From Chloroflexia bacterium (lineage in GTDB: Bacteria; Chloroflexota; Chloroflexia; DTKN01), in contig JAFGKG010000112.1 in assembly GCA_016928715.1 (NCBI GenBank), positions 969 through 64,968 of the forward strand: a DNA stretch of 64,000 nucleotides, given 5' to 3'. Shown here one piece after another: positions 1-9,131 of the stretch. A model generated the notes under the pieces. The model had not been told where the DNA came from and did not search any database. It was given only the letters and a program-made list of their open reading frames with translations. The translations under genes and the position numbers were made by a program. Positions within the stretch are counted from its first letter, which is position 1. Each line of letters starts with the position of its first letter.

Positions 1-19
1 ATCCACGCTGTTTACCTCT

Positions 20-45
20 GGGGCAACCACAAGGGTTGCCCCTAC
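20..45. repeat. REP-like hairpin GGGGCAACC-acaag-GGTTGCCCC-TAC
   Basis: A 9-bp stem at 20..28 pairs with 34..42. It is near-identical to 19680..19704. A second small hairpin (50..66) overlaps the GNAT stop codon. Confidence 0.7.
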
Positions 46-64
46 AGTGAACCCCCGCAAGGGG

Positions 65-685
65 TTATTTACGAGGCAGTTCAATAGTTATTTTTCTACC
101 CATGTAGGCCTCCCGCCGCAGGGCCAGGTCGCAGCAGATGTGGGCCTTGCTGCCAGGTGGCTGCTCGATCTCGTTGACGACGGCGTAGCCGGCCTTTTGA
201 AAGGCCCGCCGGCTGGCCAGGTTATAGTCGGCCACGTCACAGGCCCAGACGACGTCGGCGCCCTCTCGCTCAAAGGCAAAGGCGGTCAGCAGCCGGATGG
301 CCTCGGTGCCCAGGCCCCGGCCCCAGCAGTCCTTTTCCCCGATCAGCAGGTCGATCCTGCGGCAGTCCTGGTCGGGGTAGGCCCGCAGGATGCGCTCCAG
401 GTTCATCCGCTGCAGCCAGCCCTCCCCGATGGGCCGGCCGCCCAACTCGATGATGAAACAAAAGGCGCTCTGCGAGACCTGGCGATATATGGCCTGGATT
501 TCTTCCAGCGAGTAGGCGCTGACCTCGTCCCCCTCGGTGTAATAGAGCACCTCGGGATCGCTGTTCCACCTGAGGAGCAGGGGCCAGTCCGCCTCCCTCA
601 GCGGGCGGAGGGTGAGGCGCGGTCCTTGGATAGTGACGTCGTGCAATTCCAGTTCAGTCAACGCATCCCGCCTGATATCGCACAT
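65..685 (-). CDS. GNAT family N-acetyltransferase (RimJ/RimL-like)
   Basis: ORF 65..772 has a GNAT-like core (LTLRPLREADWPLLLRWNSDPEV, IGEKDCWGRGLGTEA, SRRAFQKAGY). The start is uncertain (Met at 772, 724 or 685). I chose 685 to limit overlap with the upstream ORF ending at 654. Confidence 0.8.
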   Translation of the reverse strand: MCDIRRDALTELELHDVTIQGPRLTLRPLREADWPLLLRWNSDPEVLYYTEGDEVSAYSLEEIQAIYRQVSQSAFCFIIELGGRPIGEGWLQRMNLERILRAYPDQDCRRIDLLIGEKDCWGRGLGTEAIRLLTAFAFEREGADVVWACDVADYNLASRRAFQKAGYAVVNEIEQPPGSKAHICCDLALRREAYMGRKITIELPRK

Positions 686-1505
686 AGATTGGTTGAGCCG
701 CCAGCCACGCGAGGCTTCCTCCATAACTGACCAGGAGATCCACCTGCGAAGTGATGTAGGTATTGCATCCACACACCTCCGAATGGAACAGGTTGACGAT
801 GTATCCCTCGCTCGTTTCTCTCACCTGGGTCGTCTGGATCACCGCTTGGAAATAGGTCAGATCCTTGTTGTAGAGGAAGGTATCTCTGGACTGGAGGCCG
901 CTCAACAGTTGCGCGTAAATGAGTGCTTCCTCAGGGCTCTCGATTGGTGCAAACAGATCCTGCATCACCTTCTCGCTTTCGGCCAGTACCAAGGTATCTC
1001 CCACCTGAAAGATGTGACTCACATTGCTGCGGGCTAGGCATCCAACTTGAAATAGAAAGGGGTCGTTTGGGTCCACTTTGTAGGAGTCTCTATGGCATTC
1101 GGCGGCCAGGGGGTAGGCGGGGTCCAGACCGGAATTGGCTATGGTCGGCCCGTAAAAGATGTCGCAGTTAAAGCCCTGCAGGGAGCTGTCGTCGCTGCAG
1201 GCTAGCCTTTTGTATTCCGTCGTTGTACAACCGATCTCTTGCAGTGGCGTCCGCAGGACGGACTGTTCAATTTGCGGATGGATGACGAATTCAGGCCTGC
1301 CGTCAATGGGTTGAGCGGGTATGCCGTCAGGCCATATGCGGGCGTACACGGAATAGCTGGGCGGAAGTTCCGGCTCGGCGTTGGCCGAGTACGATGGTGC
1401 CCACTCTTGGTGCCTAGTTGCGGTCTTTTGCGAACAAGCCAAGAGCACGAGTACAAGCACCGACAATGTACTGGCTGTCAAGGCGAAACAGCGGGGACTT
1501 TTCAT
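654..1505 (-). CDS. hypothetical lipoprotein (signal peptide with lipobox-like LLAC)
   Basis: 283-aa ORF with N-terminus MKSPRCFALTASTLSVLVLVLLACSQK. No family recognised. The region is visibly lower in GC than its flanks. Confidence 0.65.
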   Translation of the reverse strand: MKSPRCFALTASTLSVLVLVLLACSQKTATRHQEWAPSYSANAEPELPPSYSVYARIWPDGIPAQPIDGRPEFVIHPQIEQSVLRTPLQEIGCTTTEYKRLACSDDSSLQGFNCDIFYGPTIANSGLDPAYPLAAECHRDSYKVDPNDPFLFQVGCLARSNVSHIFQVGDTLVLAESEKVMQDLFAPIESPEEALIYAQLLSGLQSRDTFLYNKDLTYFQAVIQTTQVRETSEGYIVNLFHSEVCGCNTYITSQVDLLVSYGGSLAWLAAQPIYVRYQAGCVD

Positions 1506-1552
1506 TCTTTGACCTATGAACGATTACCGCCAACCTTCCAACGCCCTCACCG

Positions 1553-2077
1553 TCAACCGTCAACTTTCACTACCCCAACGATCAGGCTGCTCGACTCCAG
1601 GGCCCGCCAGAGCCCCGACTCGTCCCGGCGCACGGTCACCGGGCGGGGGGTGGAGGCGCCGGAGCAGGCCACGAACAGCTTGGTTTGGCCCTCTGCGGGG
1701 TCGCCGCTGTAGCGGTTGGCGCTGAAGGCGAATTGGTAGGGCGGGGCGGCCTCGTAGCCGTTCTCCGAGCTGCTGCCCTGGACGTAGGATCGGGGCATGT
1801 AGGGCTGCCTGGCCATCTGCTGCTCCAGCAACTGCCGGTCGCCGGTGCGCAACTGCCGGCCGGCGTGGTCGTGCGGGCCCTCGCCCAGGCGATCGGGGTG
1901 GGCCGCCAGGCTCAGGCAGGACCAGCCCAGCGCCTCGTCCTCGGCGTACACCAGCAGGGCCGCCACCACCATTGCCGCCCCTCCCTGCGGCGTGCGGGCG
2001 AGCTGCTGCTGCAGGGAGATGAATTCCTCCACCGTCTGTGGCAGGGCGTCGACCTGTACGGGGTCCAGTAGGGTCAT
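1553..2077 (-). CDS. hypothetical protein
   Basis: ORF 1553..2119. Normal amino-acid composition, unlike the overlapping Arg/Pro/Gly-rich frames. The probable start is the Met of MTLLDPVQ at 2077. No family recognised. Confidence 0.55.
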   Translation of the reverse strand: MTLLDPVQVDALPQTVEEFISLQQQLARTPQGGAAMVVAALLVYAEDEALGWSCLSLAAHPDRLGEGPHDHAGRQLRTGDRQLLEQQMARQPYMPRSYVQGSSSENGYEAAPPYQFAFSANRYSGDPAEGQTKLFVACSGASTPRPVTVRRDESGLWRALESSSLIVGVVKVDG

Positions 2078-2163
2078 GGGGTTTTTCCTTGTCTGATCGG
2101 TCTTGCCGCAGTATAGCACGAAGGGGCCGGCCTGGCAAGGGGGGGCGGCGCACTAAAAGTGAA

Positions 2164-2192
2164 CGGCCCACCCAAGTTTCTTGGGTGGGCCG
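2164..2192 (-). terminator. strong hairpin downstream of the DUF2807 gene (possible terminator)
   Basis: cggcccacccaag ttt cttgggtgggccg forms a 13-bp perfect inverted repeat. The U-tract on the minus strand is weak (CTTTTAG). Confidence 0.45.
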
Positions 2193-2305
2193 CTTCCCTG
2201 GAGGAGAAGGAAGAGCCTTTTCAGGCTCTGTCCATCCTACCACGCCCATGTTATGGCCAGGTTAAGAACGGGTAAAGGTTTTTTAAACCAGGCCGGCCTC
2301 GGGGC

Positions 2306-3091
2306 TCAATCGTCGAGCCTTTCCAGGTTGCCGGTGCTGGTGACGTTGGCGTCCACCCGGGGCTCGCCGGCGTAATAGAGGCTGCCGGTGCTCGTCAGGT
2401 CGGCGGTGAGTTCCTCGCTCACCCGGATGGTGGCCGAGCCGGTGCTGCTGATCTTGACCGTGGCCCGCTCGCTGTCCAGCCGCCTGGCCTCATAGTCGCC
2501 GGTGCTGCTGAGGGTCACGGTCTGCTCCTCGACCTCGCCGCCGTCGATGGAGACGTTGCCGGTGCTGTTGATGGTGACCTCCAGGCGGTTGGCCTGCAGC
2601 TTGTCCATCTCTAGGCTGCCGGTGCTGCTCAGGTTGACGACGAGGGTGTCGGCCTCCAGGTCGCCCATGGTCAGGTTGCCCGTGCTCGACAATCTGATCA
2701 TAAAGTGCTTGGACTCTAGGTCCGGGGCCTCGACGTTCCCCACGCTGGAGAGAATGATGGTGTCCAATTCCTCCACGGTGAGATAGTACTGGATGGACTT
2801 GCGGGGGCGGATATTGGCCGTCGTATCGGCGGAAATAATCAGCACGTCGTCGCGCACCTTGGTCTCGATGTAGGGCAGGATATTGTCCTCGGCCTCGATG
2901 CGCAGGCCTTCCCGTTCCCCGACCTCGATGTAGAGGGTGCCGATGGTGGCCAGTTCGACGCCGCGAAAGCTGCCGACCTCGCGGTCGCGCTCGACGACCT
3001 GGCCCGACCCACGGACGGAGTCGAGGCCGCAGTTCCAGGCCGCGAGCAAAAGCGCGCAGAGAACGATTCCACTGAAGCAGCGTTGTTTCAT
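2306..3091 (-). CDS. DUF2807 / head-GIN-domain putative adhesin-like secreted protein
   Basis: N-terminal signal peptide. Periodic beta-helix-like repeats with a recurring SSTG(N/S)(L/V) motif at least 7 times (LSSTGNLTM, LSSTGSLEM, INSTGNVSI, LSSTGDYEA, ISSTGSATI, LTSTGSLYY, VTSTGNLER). Confidence 0.75.
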   Translation of the reverse strand: MKQRCFSGIVLCALLLAAWNCGLDSVRGSGQVVERDREVGSFRGVELATIGTLYIEVGEREGLRIEAEDNILPYIETKVRDDVLIISADTTANIRPRKSIQYYLTVEELDTIILSSVGNVEAPDLESKHFMIRLSSTGNLTMGDLEADTLVVNLSSTGSLEMDKLQANRLEVTINSTGNVSIDGGEVEEQTVTLSSTGDYEARRLDSERATVKISSTGSATIRVSEELTADLTSTGSLYYAGEPRVDANVTSTGNLERLDD

Positions 3092-3111
3092 GGTGTCTCT
3101 CCTTCGCTATA

Positions 3112-3273
3112 CTAGTCGTCGCGGGCGATGATCCAGATGGCGTGGACCAGGCCGGGGATATAGCCCATCAGGGTCAGCAGGATGTTCAGCCAAAAGTGCC
3201 CGCCCAGTCCCACCTTGAAAAAGACGCCCAGCGGGGGCAGGATAATGGCAATCACGATGCGGATCAAGTCCAT
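3112..3273 (-). CDS. YqaE/Pmp3 (UPF0057) small membrane proteolipid
   Basis: The 53-aa C-terminal part of ORF 3112..3474 is MDLIRIVIAIILPPLGVFFKVGLGGHFWLNILLTLMGYIPGLVHAIWIIARDD. This is the typical two-TM Pmp3 signature. The ATG is at 3273. Confidence 0.8.
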   Translation of the reverse strand: MDLIRIVIAIILPPLGVFFKVGLGGHFWLNILLTLMGYIPGLVHAIWIIARDD

Positions 3274-3356
3274 GGTGTCCTCCTTTTCGTACTTGCCCAG
3301 GCCGGGGCCCGGGACCCGTGTCCTCATGGGATTAGATTGTCTGGATCGGCAAATTG

Positions 3357-3386
3357 TTGCAGGTAGTGGGCGGCTTGTGCTATAAT
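3357..3386 (+). promoter_or_regulatory. sigma-70-type promoter upstream of xth (TTGCAG-18-TATAAT, TGc extended -10)
   Basis: Hexamers at 3357..3362 and 3381..3386. Confidence 0.5.
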
Positions 3387-3433
3387 CAGGTTGGCGATTG
3401 TGGCAGGATGAGTTGAACTGATGGGGGACAGAA

Positions 3434-4219
3434 GTGAAGGATCGGACGATCCGCATGCTTTCCTGGAACGTCAACGGGATTCGGGCAGCGCACAGAAAGG
3501 GCTTTTTGGACTGGCTGGACCGGGCCGCCCCGGACGTACTGGCCCTGCAGGAGACCCGCGCCGAGGCCCACCAACTGCCGGCCGAATTGGCCGAACCGGC
3601 CGGCTACCACGCCTTTTGGAATCCCAGCCGCCGCAAAAAAGGGTACAGCGGCACCGGCCTGCTCTGCAGGGAGCGCCCGCTGGAGGTGCAGTTCGGCCTG
3701 GGCCGGGAGGAATTCGACCAGGAGGGCCGCACCCTCATCGCCCGCTTCCCCAGCTTTACCCTGCTCAACTGCTACTTTCCCAACGGCGGCCGGGACCACG
3801 CCCGGGTGTCCTTCAAGCTGGCCTTTTACGAGGCCTTTTTGGCCCGGTGCGAGCAACTGCGCCGGCAGGGAGAGGCGGTCGTCTTTTGCGGGGACGTCAA
3901 CACCGCCCACCAGGAGATCGACCTGGCCCGGCCCCGGCAGAACCAGAACACCACCGGCTTTTTGCCGGAGGAGCGGGCCTGGCTAGACCGGGTGTTGGAG
4001 GCCGGCTACGTCGATACCTTTCGCCACCAGCATCCGGATTTGCCCGAGCAGTACACCTGGTGGTCGATGCCCACCAACGCCCGGGCGCGCAACGTCGGCT
4101 GGCGCCTGGATTACTTTTTCATCGCCGAGGAAATGCTGCCCCGCCTGGTCGACGCCTGCATCCTGCCCGAGGTGCAGGGCAGCGACCACTGCCCGGTGGG
4201 GTTGACCCTGAGAATCTGA
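3434..4219 (+). CDS. xth: exodeoxyribonuclease III
   Basis: Motifs LSWNVNGIRA, ALQETRAE, FPNGG, NTAHQEIDL and GSDHCPV match the ExoIII/AP endonuclease family. GTG start at 3434, or the internal Met of MLSWNVNG. Confidence 0.9.
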   Translation: MKDRTIRMLSWNVNGIRAAHRKGFLDWLDRAAPDVLALQETRAEAHQLPAELAEPAGYHAFWNPSRRKKGYSGTGLLCRERPLEVQFGLGREEFDQEGRTLIARFPSFTLLNCYFPNGGRDHARVSFKLAFYEAFLARCEQLRRQGEAVVFCGDVNTAHQEIDLARPRQNQNTTGFLPEERAWLDRVLEAGYVDTFRHQHPDLPEQYTWWSMPTNARARNVGWRLDYFFIAEEMLPRLVDACILPEVQGSDHCPVGLTLRI

Positions 4220-4232
4220 GCCGAGAATCTTG

Positions 4233-5072
4233 ATGCCCCGACGCAGAAAAGCGAAACAGGCCCCCTCCGACCCGGAGGCGACCGTACAGAAAAAGACCTG
4301 GCGGACCTGGTTGCGGCGCTCTCGAGGACGTCCGGTAGAACGCGCCGACCGGGTGGGAGCGGACCTGCCGGACCAGGGCGAGATGACCCTGCTGGAGCAC
4401 CTGCAGGAACTGCGCCGGCGCCTGATCGTCTCTTTGGTGGCCGTGGGCATCGGCACGGTGGTAGGGCTCGTCTTTACAGAGCGGTTGATGTACTGGCTGC
4501 TGCGCCTCTTGGAAAGCGTGCCCGGGGTCACGCCGCAGGCCATCGAGATTCCCGAGAAATTCACCACCAGCATGCGCCTGGCGCTGACGGTGGGGGTGGC
4601 GCTGGCCATGCCGGTCATTGTCTACCAGCTCTGGAAATTCCTGCAGCCCGGCCTCTATGCCCACGAGCAGCGCTACATCGTCATCGGCCTGCCCCTGGTC
4701 AGCCTGTTTTTCGCCTCCGGGGTAGCCTTTGCCTATTACGTCGCGCTGCCGGCGGCGATCAACTTTTTGCTGCGCTTTGGCAGCGAGCAGATCCTGACCC
4801 AGCCCCGGTTGGCCACATATCTCTCCTTTGTCTCCACCCTGCTTTTCTGGAGCGGCGTCAGCTTTGAGACGCCCATCTTTATCTTTTTCCTGGCCAAGCT
4901 GGGCGTGGTGGATTGGAAAAAGCTGCTCGGTTGGTGGAAATACGCCCTGCTGGCGGCCTTTGTGCTGGGGGCGGTGATCACCCCAACGCCGGACCCGCTG
5001 AATATGAGTCTCGTCGCCCTGCCGCTCTATTTGTTGTACTGGCTGGGGATCCTGCTGGCCCGCTTTGCCTGA
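4233..5072 (+). CDS. tatC: twin-arginine translocase subunit TatC
   Basis: The conserved TatC core starts at MTLLEHLQELRRRL (Met at 4383) and has 6 predicted TM segments. A basic 50-aa N-terminal extension applies if the ATG at 4233 is used, so the start is uncertain. Confidence 0.85.
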   Translation: MPRRRKAKQAPSDPEATVQKKTWRTWLRRSRGRPVERADRVGADLPDQGEMTLLEHLQELRRRLIVSLVAVGIGTVVGLVFTERLMYWLLRLLESVPGVTPQAIEIPEKFTTSMRLALTVGVALAMPVIVYQLWKFLQPGLYAHEQRYIVIGLPLVSLFFASGVAFAYYVALPAAINFLLRFGSEQILTQPRLATYLSFVSTLLFWSGVSFETPIFIFFLAKLGVVDWKKLLGWWKYALLAAFVLGAVITPTPDPLNMSLVALPLYLLYWLGILLARFA

Positions 5073-5079
5073 GACCTCC

Positions 5080-5108
5080 TTGACAAGCCTGGGACTGTTT
5101 GCTACAAT
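5080..5108 (+). promoter_or_regulatory. promoter of Clp-REC/YbjN operon (TTGACA-17-TACAAT)
   Basis: Hexamers at 5080..5085 and 5103..5108, with an exact 17-nt spacer. It lies just after the tatC stop. Confidence 0.7.
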
Positions 5109-5206
5109 CGGTCTGGGTTGCAAGAGAGCCGTGGCGCCCAAAGGATCTGTCGAGGCGTCCCCCATTTCAGAACTGGGGTGATTCCCCACCCGTGGAGGGA
5201 AACAAG

Positions 5207-7924
5207 GTGTTACGTGGTTACAATCCCAAAGCCCAAGAGGTCTGGCAAATTGCCAAGGCGCTGGCGTTCGACGCCCAGCGATCCCTTTCCCCGAGCGATC
5301 TGTGGTGGGCCTGCCTGACCACGATCCCGGAGGAGCACCGGAAGGAGTTGGGCCTGAGCCTCTCTCCGGAGAAACAAGAGCAGTTGGAGTCGCTGCGCCA
5401 GCGCCGCATCGAGGAGCGGGTCAGCGTCGTGCCGGCCGTGACCAAACTGGACCGCAACCTGAAAGAGATGTGCCGCGAGAGCGGTTCCCCCGCGGCGACC
5501 GTCTGGCACATGCTGCTGGGTCTGCTGGAGCAGCCGGACGAGGAGTTGAACCAGGTCTGGCAGACGATGGCGGTGGACCCGGAAAATTTGCGCCGACAGG
5601 TACGGGAGCAGATCGAGCAGTCCAAGCTGCCCTCCCGGCAGGTGCCCCTGCCCCAAGAAGCGCGGCGGGTGCTCAAGATGTTTACCCAGAACCTGACCGA
5701 AGCGGCGGCGCGGGGCGACCTGACCCCGGCCTACGAGCGGGAAAAAGAGCGGGCGGCGATCATTCGCACCCTGTTGCGCAAGAAAAAGCGCAACGTCGCC
5801 CTGGTGGGGCCGGCCGGCGTGGGCAAGACCAAGCTGGTCGAGGATCTGGCCCAACGCCTGCTGCAGGGGGAAGCCCCCCAACTGGCCGACTGCGAGGTCG
5901 TCTCCCTCAGCACGACGGCCCTGCGCGCCGGGGCCTCGATGCAGGGCGAGTTGGAGAGCCGCTTTGAGCAACTGCGCCAGGTGTTCGAGGATTACGGTGA
6001 CCGGCTCATCCTCTTTATCGACGAACTGCACGTGATTGTGGGCACGGCCCTGAGCAGCCAGTCGCTGGACCTGGCCAATGCCCTGAAACCGCTGCTGACC
6101 TCGGACCGCATCCGCTGCATTGGGGCCACGACCCAGCAGGAATTCATCCAATACGTCGAGCGGGACCGCGCCCTGGCCCGGCGTTTCCAGATGGTGGCGG
6201 TGCCCGAGCCCTCCAGGGCGGCGATGGAGCGCATCCTGGAGTCCGTGCGGCCCGAGTACGAAAACCACTATGGTCTGACCTATCCGCCCGAGACGCTCAA
6301 GACGATTCTGGACCTGGGCGACGTCTATCTGCCCAACCGCTACTACCCGGACAAGGCCCTGGACCTGTTGGACGAGGCCGGCGCTTGGCTGATCATGCAC
6401 GAGGGCGCAAGTGAGGAGCCGCGGCCCGTCCCGCCCGCGGCGGTCAAGGCGGTGCTCTCCGAGATCCTGCAGATTCCCTTGGAAGATCTGGACGAAACCG
6501 TCCTGCCGCAGTTAGCGCTGCAGTTGGGCGAGCGGATCGTCGGCCAGGACAAGGCCCTGAAGCAGATCCAGGACGCGCTCATTGCCGGCAGCGGGCGGAC
6601 CATGGTTTCCTCTCGGCCGCGGGCGGCCATGGCCTTTGTCGGCCTGCAGGGCTGTGGCAAGACCTTTGCTGCCCAGATGCTCACCGACGTGCTCTGCCAC
6701 AGCCGGCCGGCCTTTTTGGAGCTGGACCTGGACCAGATCGTGCGCGGCTACTGGCACGGCGGCGGGGCCGACTTTTTGCTGGGCCCCCGCCCGCCCTACG
6801 TGGGCTGGGAGCATGGCGGCGTGCTGACCAACCACGTCCTGGTGCACCCGCAGAGTGTGATCCTGGTCCGCGGCATCGAGCGGGCCCAGTCCGACGTGCA
6901 GCACCTCTTTGCCGGCATTCTGGATCGGGGGGAGGTGGAGGACGGCCGCGGGCAGCGCGTTACCTTCCGCGGGGTCGTGCTCATTTTCGCCTTTGAGAGC
7001 AAGCTGGCCGCGGATCGTTCGATTGGCTTTCTGCAGGCCGGTCGTGGTGGGCCGGTCGAGGTCGATTCCCTCAAGCTGCGGGACGAATTGGTGGAACAGG
7101 GCCTGCAACCGGCCCTGCTGCGGCGCATCGAGCACCTTGTTCCCTTCCAGCCGCTCTCTAACGAGGCGCTGCGGGAAATCGCCCGCCGCCGGCTGGAATC
7201 GTTCCGCCAGGAACTATACGAGCGCGAGGGCAAGGCCCTGGACGTCGAGGAGGATTTCCTGCCCCACCTGATCTCGCCCCAGGTCCACACGGCCTCCGAG
7301 GCCGAGCAGCAGGTGGAACAGCACGTCATCCTGGCCGTGAACGCGCTGCGCACCTCACCCGATTGGGCCAGTTGGAAGACCATCTGCCTGGATTGGGAAC
7401 AGGGCGTGGCCGTGGAGCCGCTGGTGCCCCGCGTCCTGGTGGTGGACGATCTGCCCGATTTCTTCCAAGAGTTGGAGCAGAGCTATGCCGAGTACCGCTG
7501 GTTGTACGCCTCGGACGGCGGGCAGGCCGCCCGGATCATCGAGGAGGAAGCCCCTCACCTGGTGATCATCGATACTTGTTTCAGCACCAGCAACGAGGCC
7601 GATGTCGGCGGGTTGGCGGTGCTGAAGGAACTCAAGAAGCGCTTTCCTGCCCAGCAGATCGTGCTGGTCACGGCCCAGGGCATGGACTTTCAGACGACGC
7701 GGGAGGCCTTTCGCGTGGGCGCCTACGACTATATCTGGAAGCCGCCGCAAGAGTCCGTGCTGCGCCAGTTGATCTCGGCCCTGGTGGCCCAGGAGGAGCA
7801 GCAGCGTCGCCTGGAGGTGCAGGACCAACTGCTGCGCGCCCAGTGGGAACGCCGGGTAGAGGCGGACGAACGCAACGTACGTATTACCTATCGCAAAGGA
7901 GGTGCGCCCGAGAAAAAGAGCTGA
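5207..7924 (+). CDS. Clp/Hsp100-like double AAA+ ATPase fused to a C-terminal response-regulator receiver domain
   Basis: GTG at 5207 lies 6 nt after GGAGGGA. The N-terminus is Clp_N-like. D1 has GPAGVGKT and LFIDELH. D2 has GLQGCGKT, but the Walker B position reads VILVRGIERA. An SIGF tripeptide sits at the ClpA IGL-loop position. The C-terminal REC has VVDD, IIDT, VTAQ and WKP. Confidence 0.85.
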   Translation: MLRGYNPKAQEVWQIAKALAFDAQRSLSPSDLWWACLTTIPEEHRKELGLSLSPEKQEQLESLRQRRIEERVSVVPAVTKLDRNLKEMCRESGSPAATVWHMLLGLLEQPDEELNQVWQTMAVDPENLRRQVREQIEQSKLPSRQVPLPQEARRVLKMFTQNLTEAAARGDLTPAYEREKERAAIIRTLLRKKKRNVALVGPAGVGKTKLVEDLAQRLLQGEAPQLADCEVVSLSTTALRAGASMQGELESRFEQLRQVFEDYGDRLILFIDELHVIVGTALSSQSLDLANALKPLLTSDRIRCIGATTQQEFIQYVERDRALARRFQMVAVPEPSRAAMERILESVRPEYENHYGLTYPPETLKTILDLGDVYLPNRYYPDKALDLLDEAGAWLIMHEGASEEPRPVPPAAVKAVLSEILQIPLEDLDETVLPQLALQLGERIVGQDKALKQIQDALIAGSGRTMVSSRPRAAMAFVGLQGCGKTFAAQMLTDVLCHSRPAFLELDLDQIVRGYWHGGGADFLLGPRPPYVGWEHGGVLTNHVLVHPQSVILVRGIERAQSDVQHLFAGILDRGEVEDGRGQRVTFRGVVLIFAFESKLAADRSIGFLQAGRGGPVEVDSLKLRDELVEQGLQPALLRRIEHLVPFQPLSNEALREIARRRLESFRQELYEREGKALDVEEDFLPHLISPQVHTASEAEQQVEQHVILAVNALRTSPDWASWKTICLDWEQGVAVEPLVPRVLVVDDLPDFFQELEQSYAEYRWLYASDGGQAARIIEEEAPHLVIIDTCFSTSNEADVGGLAVLKELKKRFPAQQIVLVTAQGMDFQTTREAFRVGAYDYIWKPPQESVLRQLISALVAQEEQQRRLEVQDQLLRAQWERRVEADERNVRITYRKGGAPEKKS

Positions 7925-7982
7925 ACCGCCGGTTTGCCCACGTTCGTCTGCCCCTGAGCAGGCGCTTTTAAAGGAGAATGCC

Positions 7983-8462
7983 ATGTCCGAAGTTACGATG
8001 GATGTCCTGAAACTATACCTGGAGCGGTTTGGTTGGTCCCAATACGATGCCAAGGACGAAGAGCAGGAACAAGAGGGCATTATCTACACCGGTTGGCGGT
8101 CCTCGGAAGAGGGGCCGGTCTATCGCATGACGATCGACCCCATGGCAGAAAAGAAATGTCTCTCCTTCAAGGTCCACCAGTTGGCCAAGGCCCCCAAGGA
8201 GGAAACGTCCGCCGACCGCCTGACCGGCCTGCTGATGGTCCTGGGGTGGGTCAACTATAGCATTATCCTGGGCAAGTTTGGCTACGACCACCGCGACGGC
8301 GAGGTGCGCTTTTCCGTCGATGTGCCCATCGACGTGAACGATTTCACCTACGAACAGTTCGCCCACGCTATGATTATCGCCATCCGCACGGTGGAGGAAT
8401 GGGCTTTGAAGCTGCAGGCCTACCTGGCCGGGGAAAAAGAACTCGGGGAACTGCTGGCCTGA
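7983..8462 (+). CDS. YbjN-like (putative sensory-transduction-regulator / T3SS-chaperone-like fold) protein, paralog 1
   Basis: ATG at 7983 lies 6 nt after AAGGAG. 159 aa. The family call rests on remembered YbjN-like pattern features, so it is moderately uncertain. It is a clear paralog of the next gene. Confidence 0.6.
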   Translation: MSEVTMDVLKLYLERFGWSQYDAKDEEQEQEGIIYTGWRSSEEGPVYRMTIDPMAEKKCLSFKVHQLAKAPKEETSADRLTGLLMVLGWVNYSIILGKFGYDHRDGEVRFSVDVPIDVNDFTYEQFAHAMIIAIRTVEEWALKLQAYLAGEKELGELLA

Positions 8463-8484
8463 CCCATTGACCAAGGAGTGACCG

Positions 8485-9072
8485 ATGCCATCCAATGTCA
8501 ACCTGGAAACCCTGAGCCAATACCTGGAGCGTTTCGGCTGGAAGCACTACCAAACCGCGGACGAGCCCGCCGAGCAAGAGGGTCTCATCCGTACCGGCTG
8601 GCGCGCCTCGGAAGGGCAGACCTACAGAATGGTGATCGACCCTATGGTCGAGAAAAACTGCCTTTCCTTTCGGGTGATCCAGGTTGCCATGGCGCCTTGG
8701 GATAGTACGCCCTCCGACCGGCTGAACGGCCTGTTGACCCTGCTCAACTGGGTCAATTACCGCATCATCCTGGGCAAATTTGGCTACGATGCCAGCGATG
8801 GGGAGGTCCGCTTCTCCATCGACGTACCCATCGACGAGAACGATTTCAGCTATGCCCAGTTCGAACACACCCTCCACGTCATTATCAACTCGATGCGCGA
8901 GTGGGATCCCCAGGTGCAGGCCGTGCTGTGCGGCGAAACACCCGTCCAGGATGTGCTGGTATCCAGTGCGCGCGAGAGCGGCGCCTCGGAAGATTTTATG
9001 CGGAAACTGACCGAGGCCCTGGAGAGGCGGGGCGACTGGTACGCCGAAGGGACGCCGCTGACCGAGATCTAG
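8485..9072 (+). CDS. YbjN-like protein, paralog 2 (with C-terminal acidic extension)
   Basis: 195 aa. It aligns along its length with 7983..8462 (YLERFGW, TGWR, YRM.IDPM.EK.CLSF, DRL.GLL, NWVNY.IILGKFGYD, DGEVRFS.DVPID.NDF). Confidence 0.6.
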   Translation: MPSNVNLETLSQYLERFGWKHYQTADEPAEQEGLIRTGWRASEGQTYRMVIDPMVEKNCLSFRVIQVAMAPWDSTPSDRLNGLLTLLNWVNYRIILGKFGYDASDGEVRFSIDVPIDENDFSYAQFEHTLHVIINSMREWDPQVQAVLCGETPVQDVLVSSARESGASEDFMRKLTEALERRGDWYAEGTPLTEI

Positions 9073-9131
9073 GGCTGGATGTAGGGGGACGGGTCATTCC
9101 TTACCCGCTGCTGTAAAAGCTGCAACCACAC

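Noticed and set aside
4119-5189. A 356-aa minus-strand ORF across tatC.
   Set aside because: It is antisense to a clear TatC, with low-complexity composition.
5099-5206. The upstream extension of the Clp-REC ORF (TTG at 5099).
   Set aside because: The extension begins 10 nt before the end of the -10 hexamer of the predicted promoter (5103..5108) and has no RBS. GTG at 5207 has GGAGGGA 6 nt upstream, and the Clp_N-like sequence starts there.
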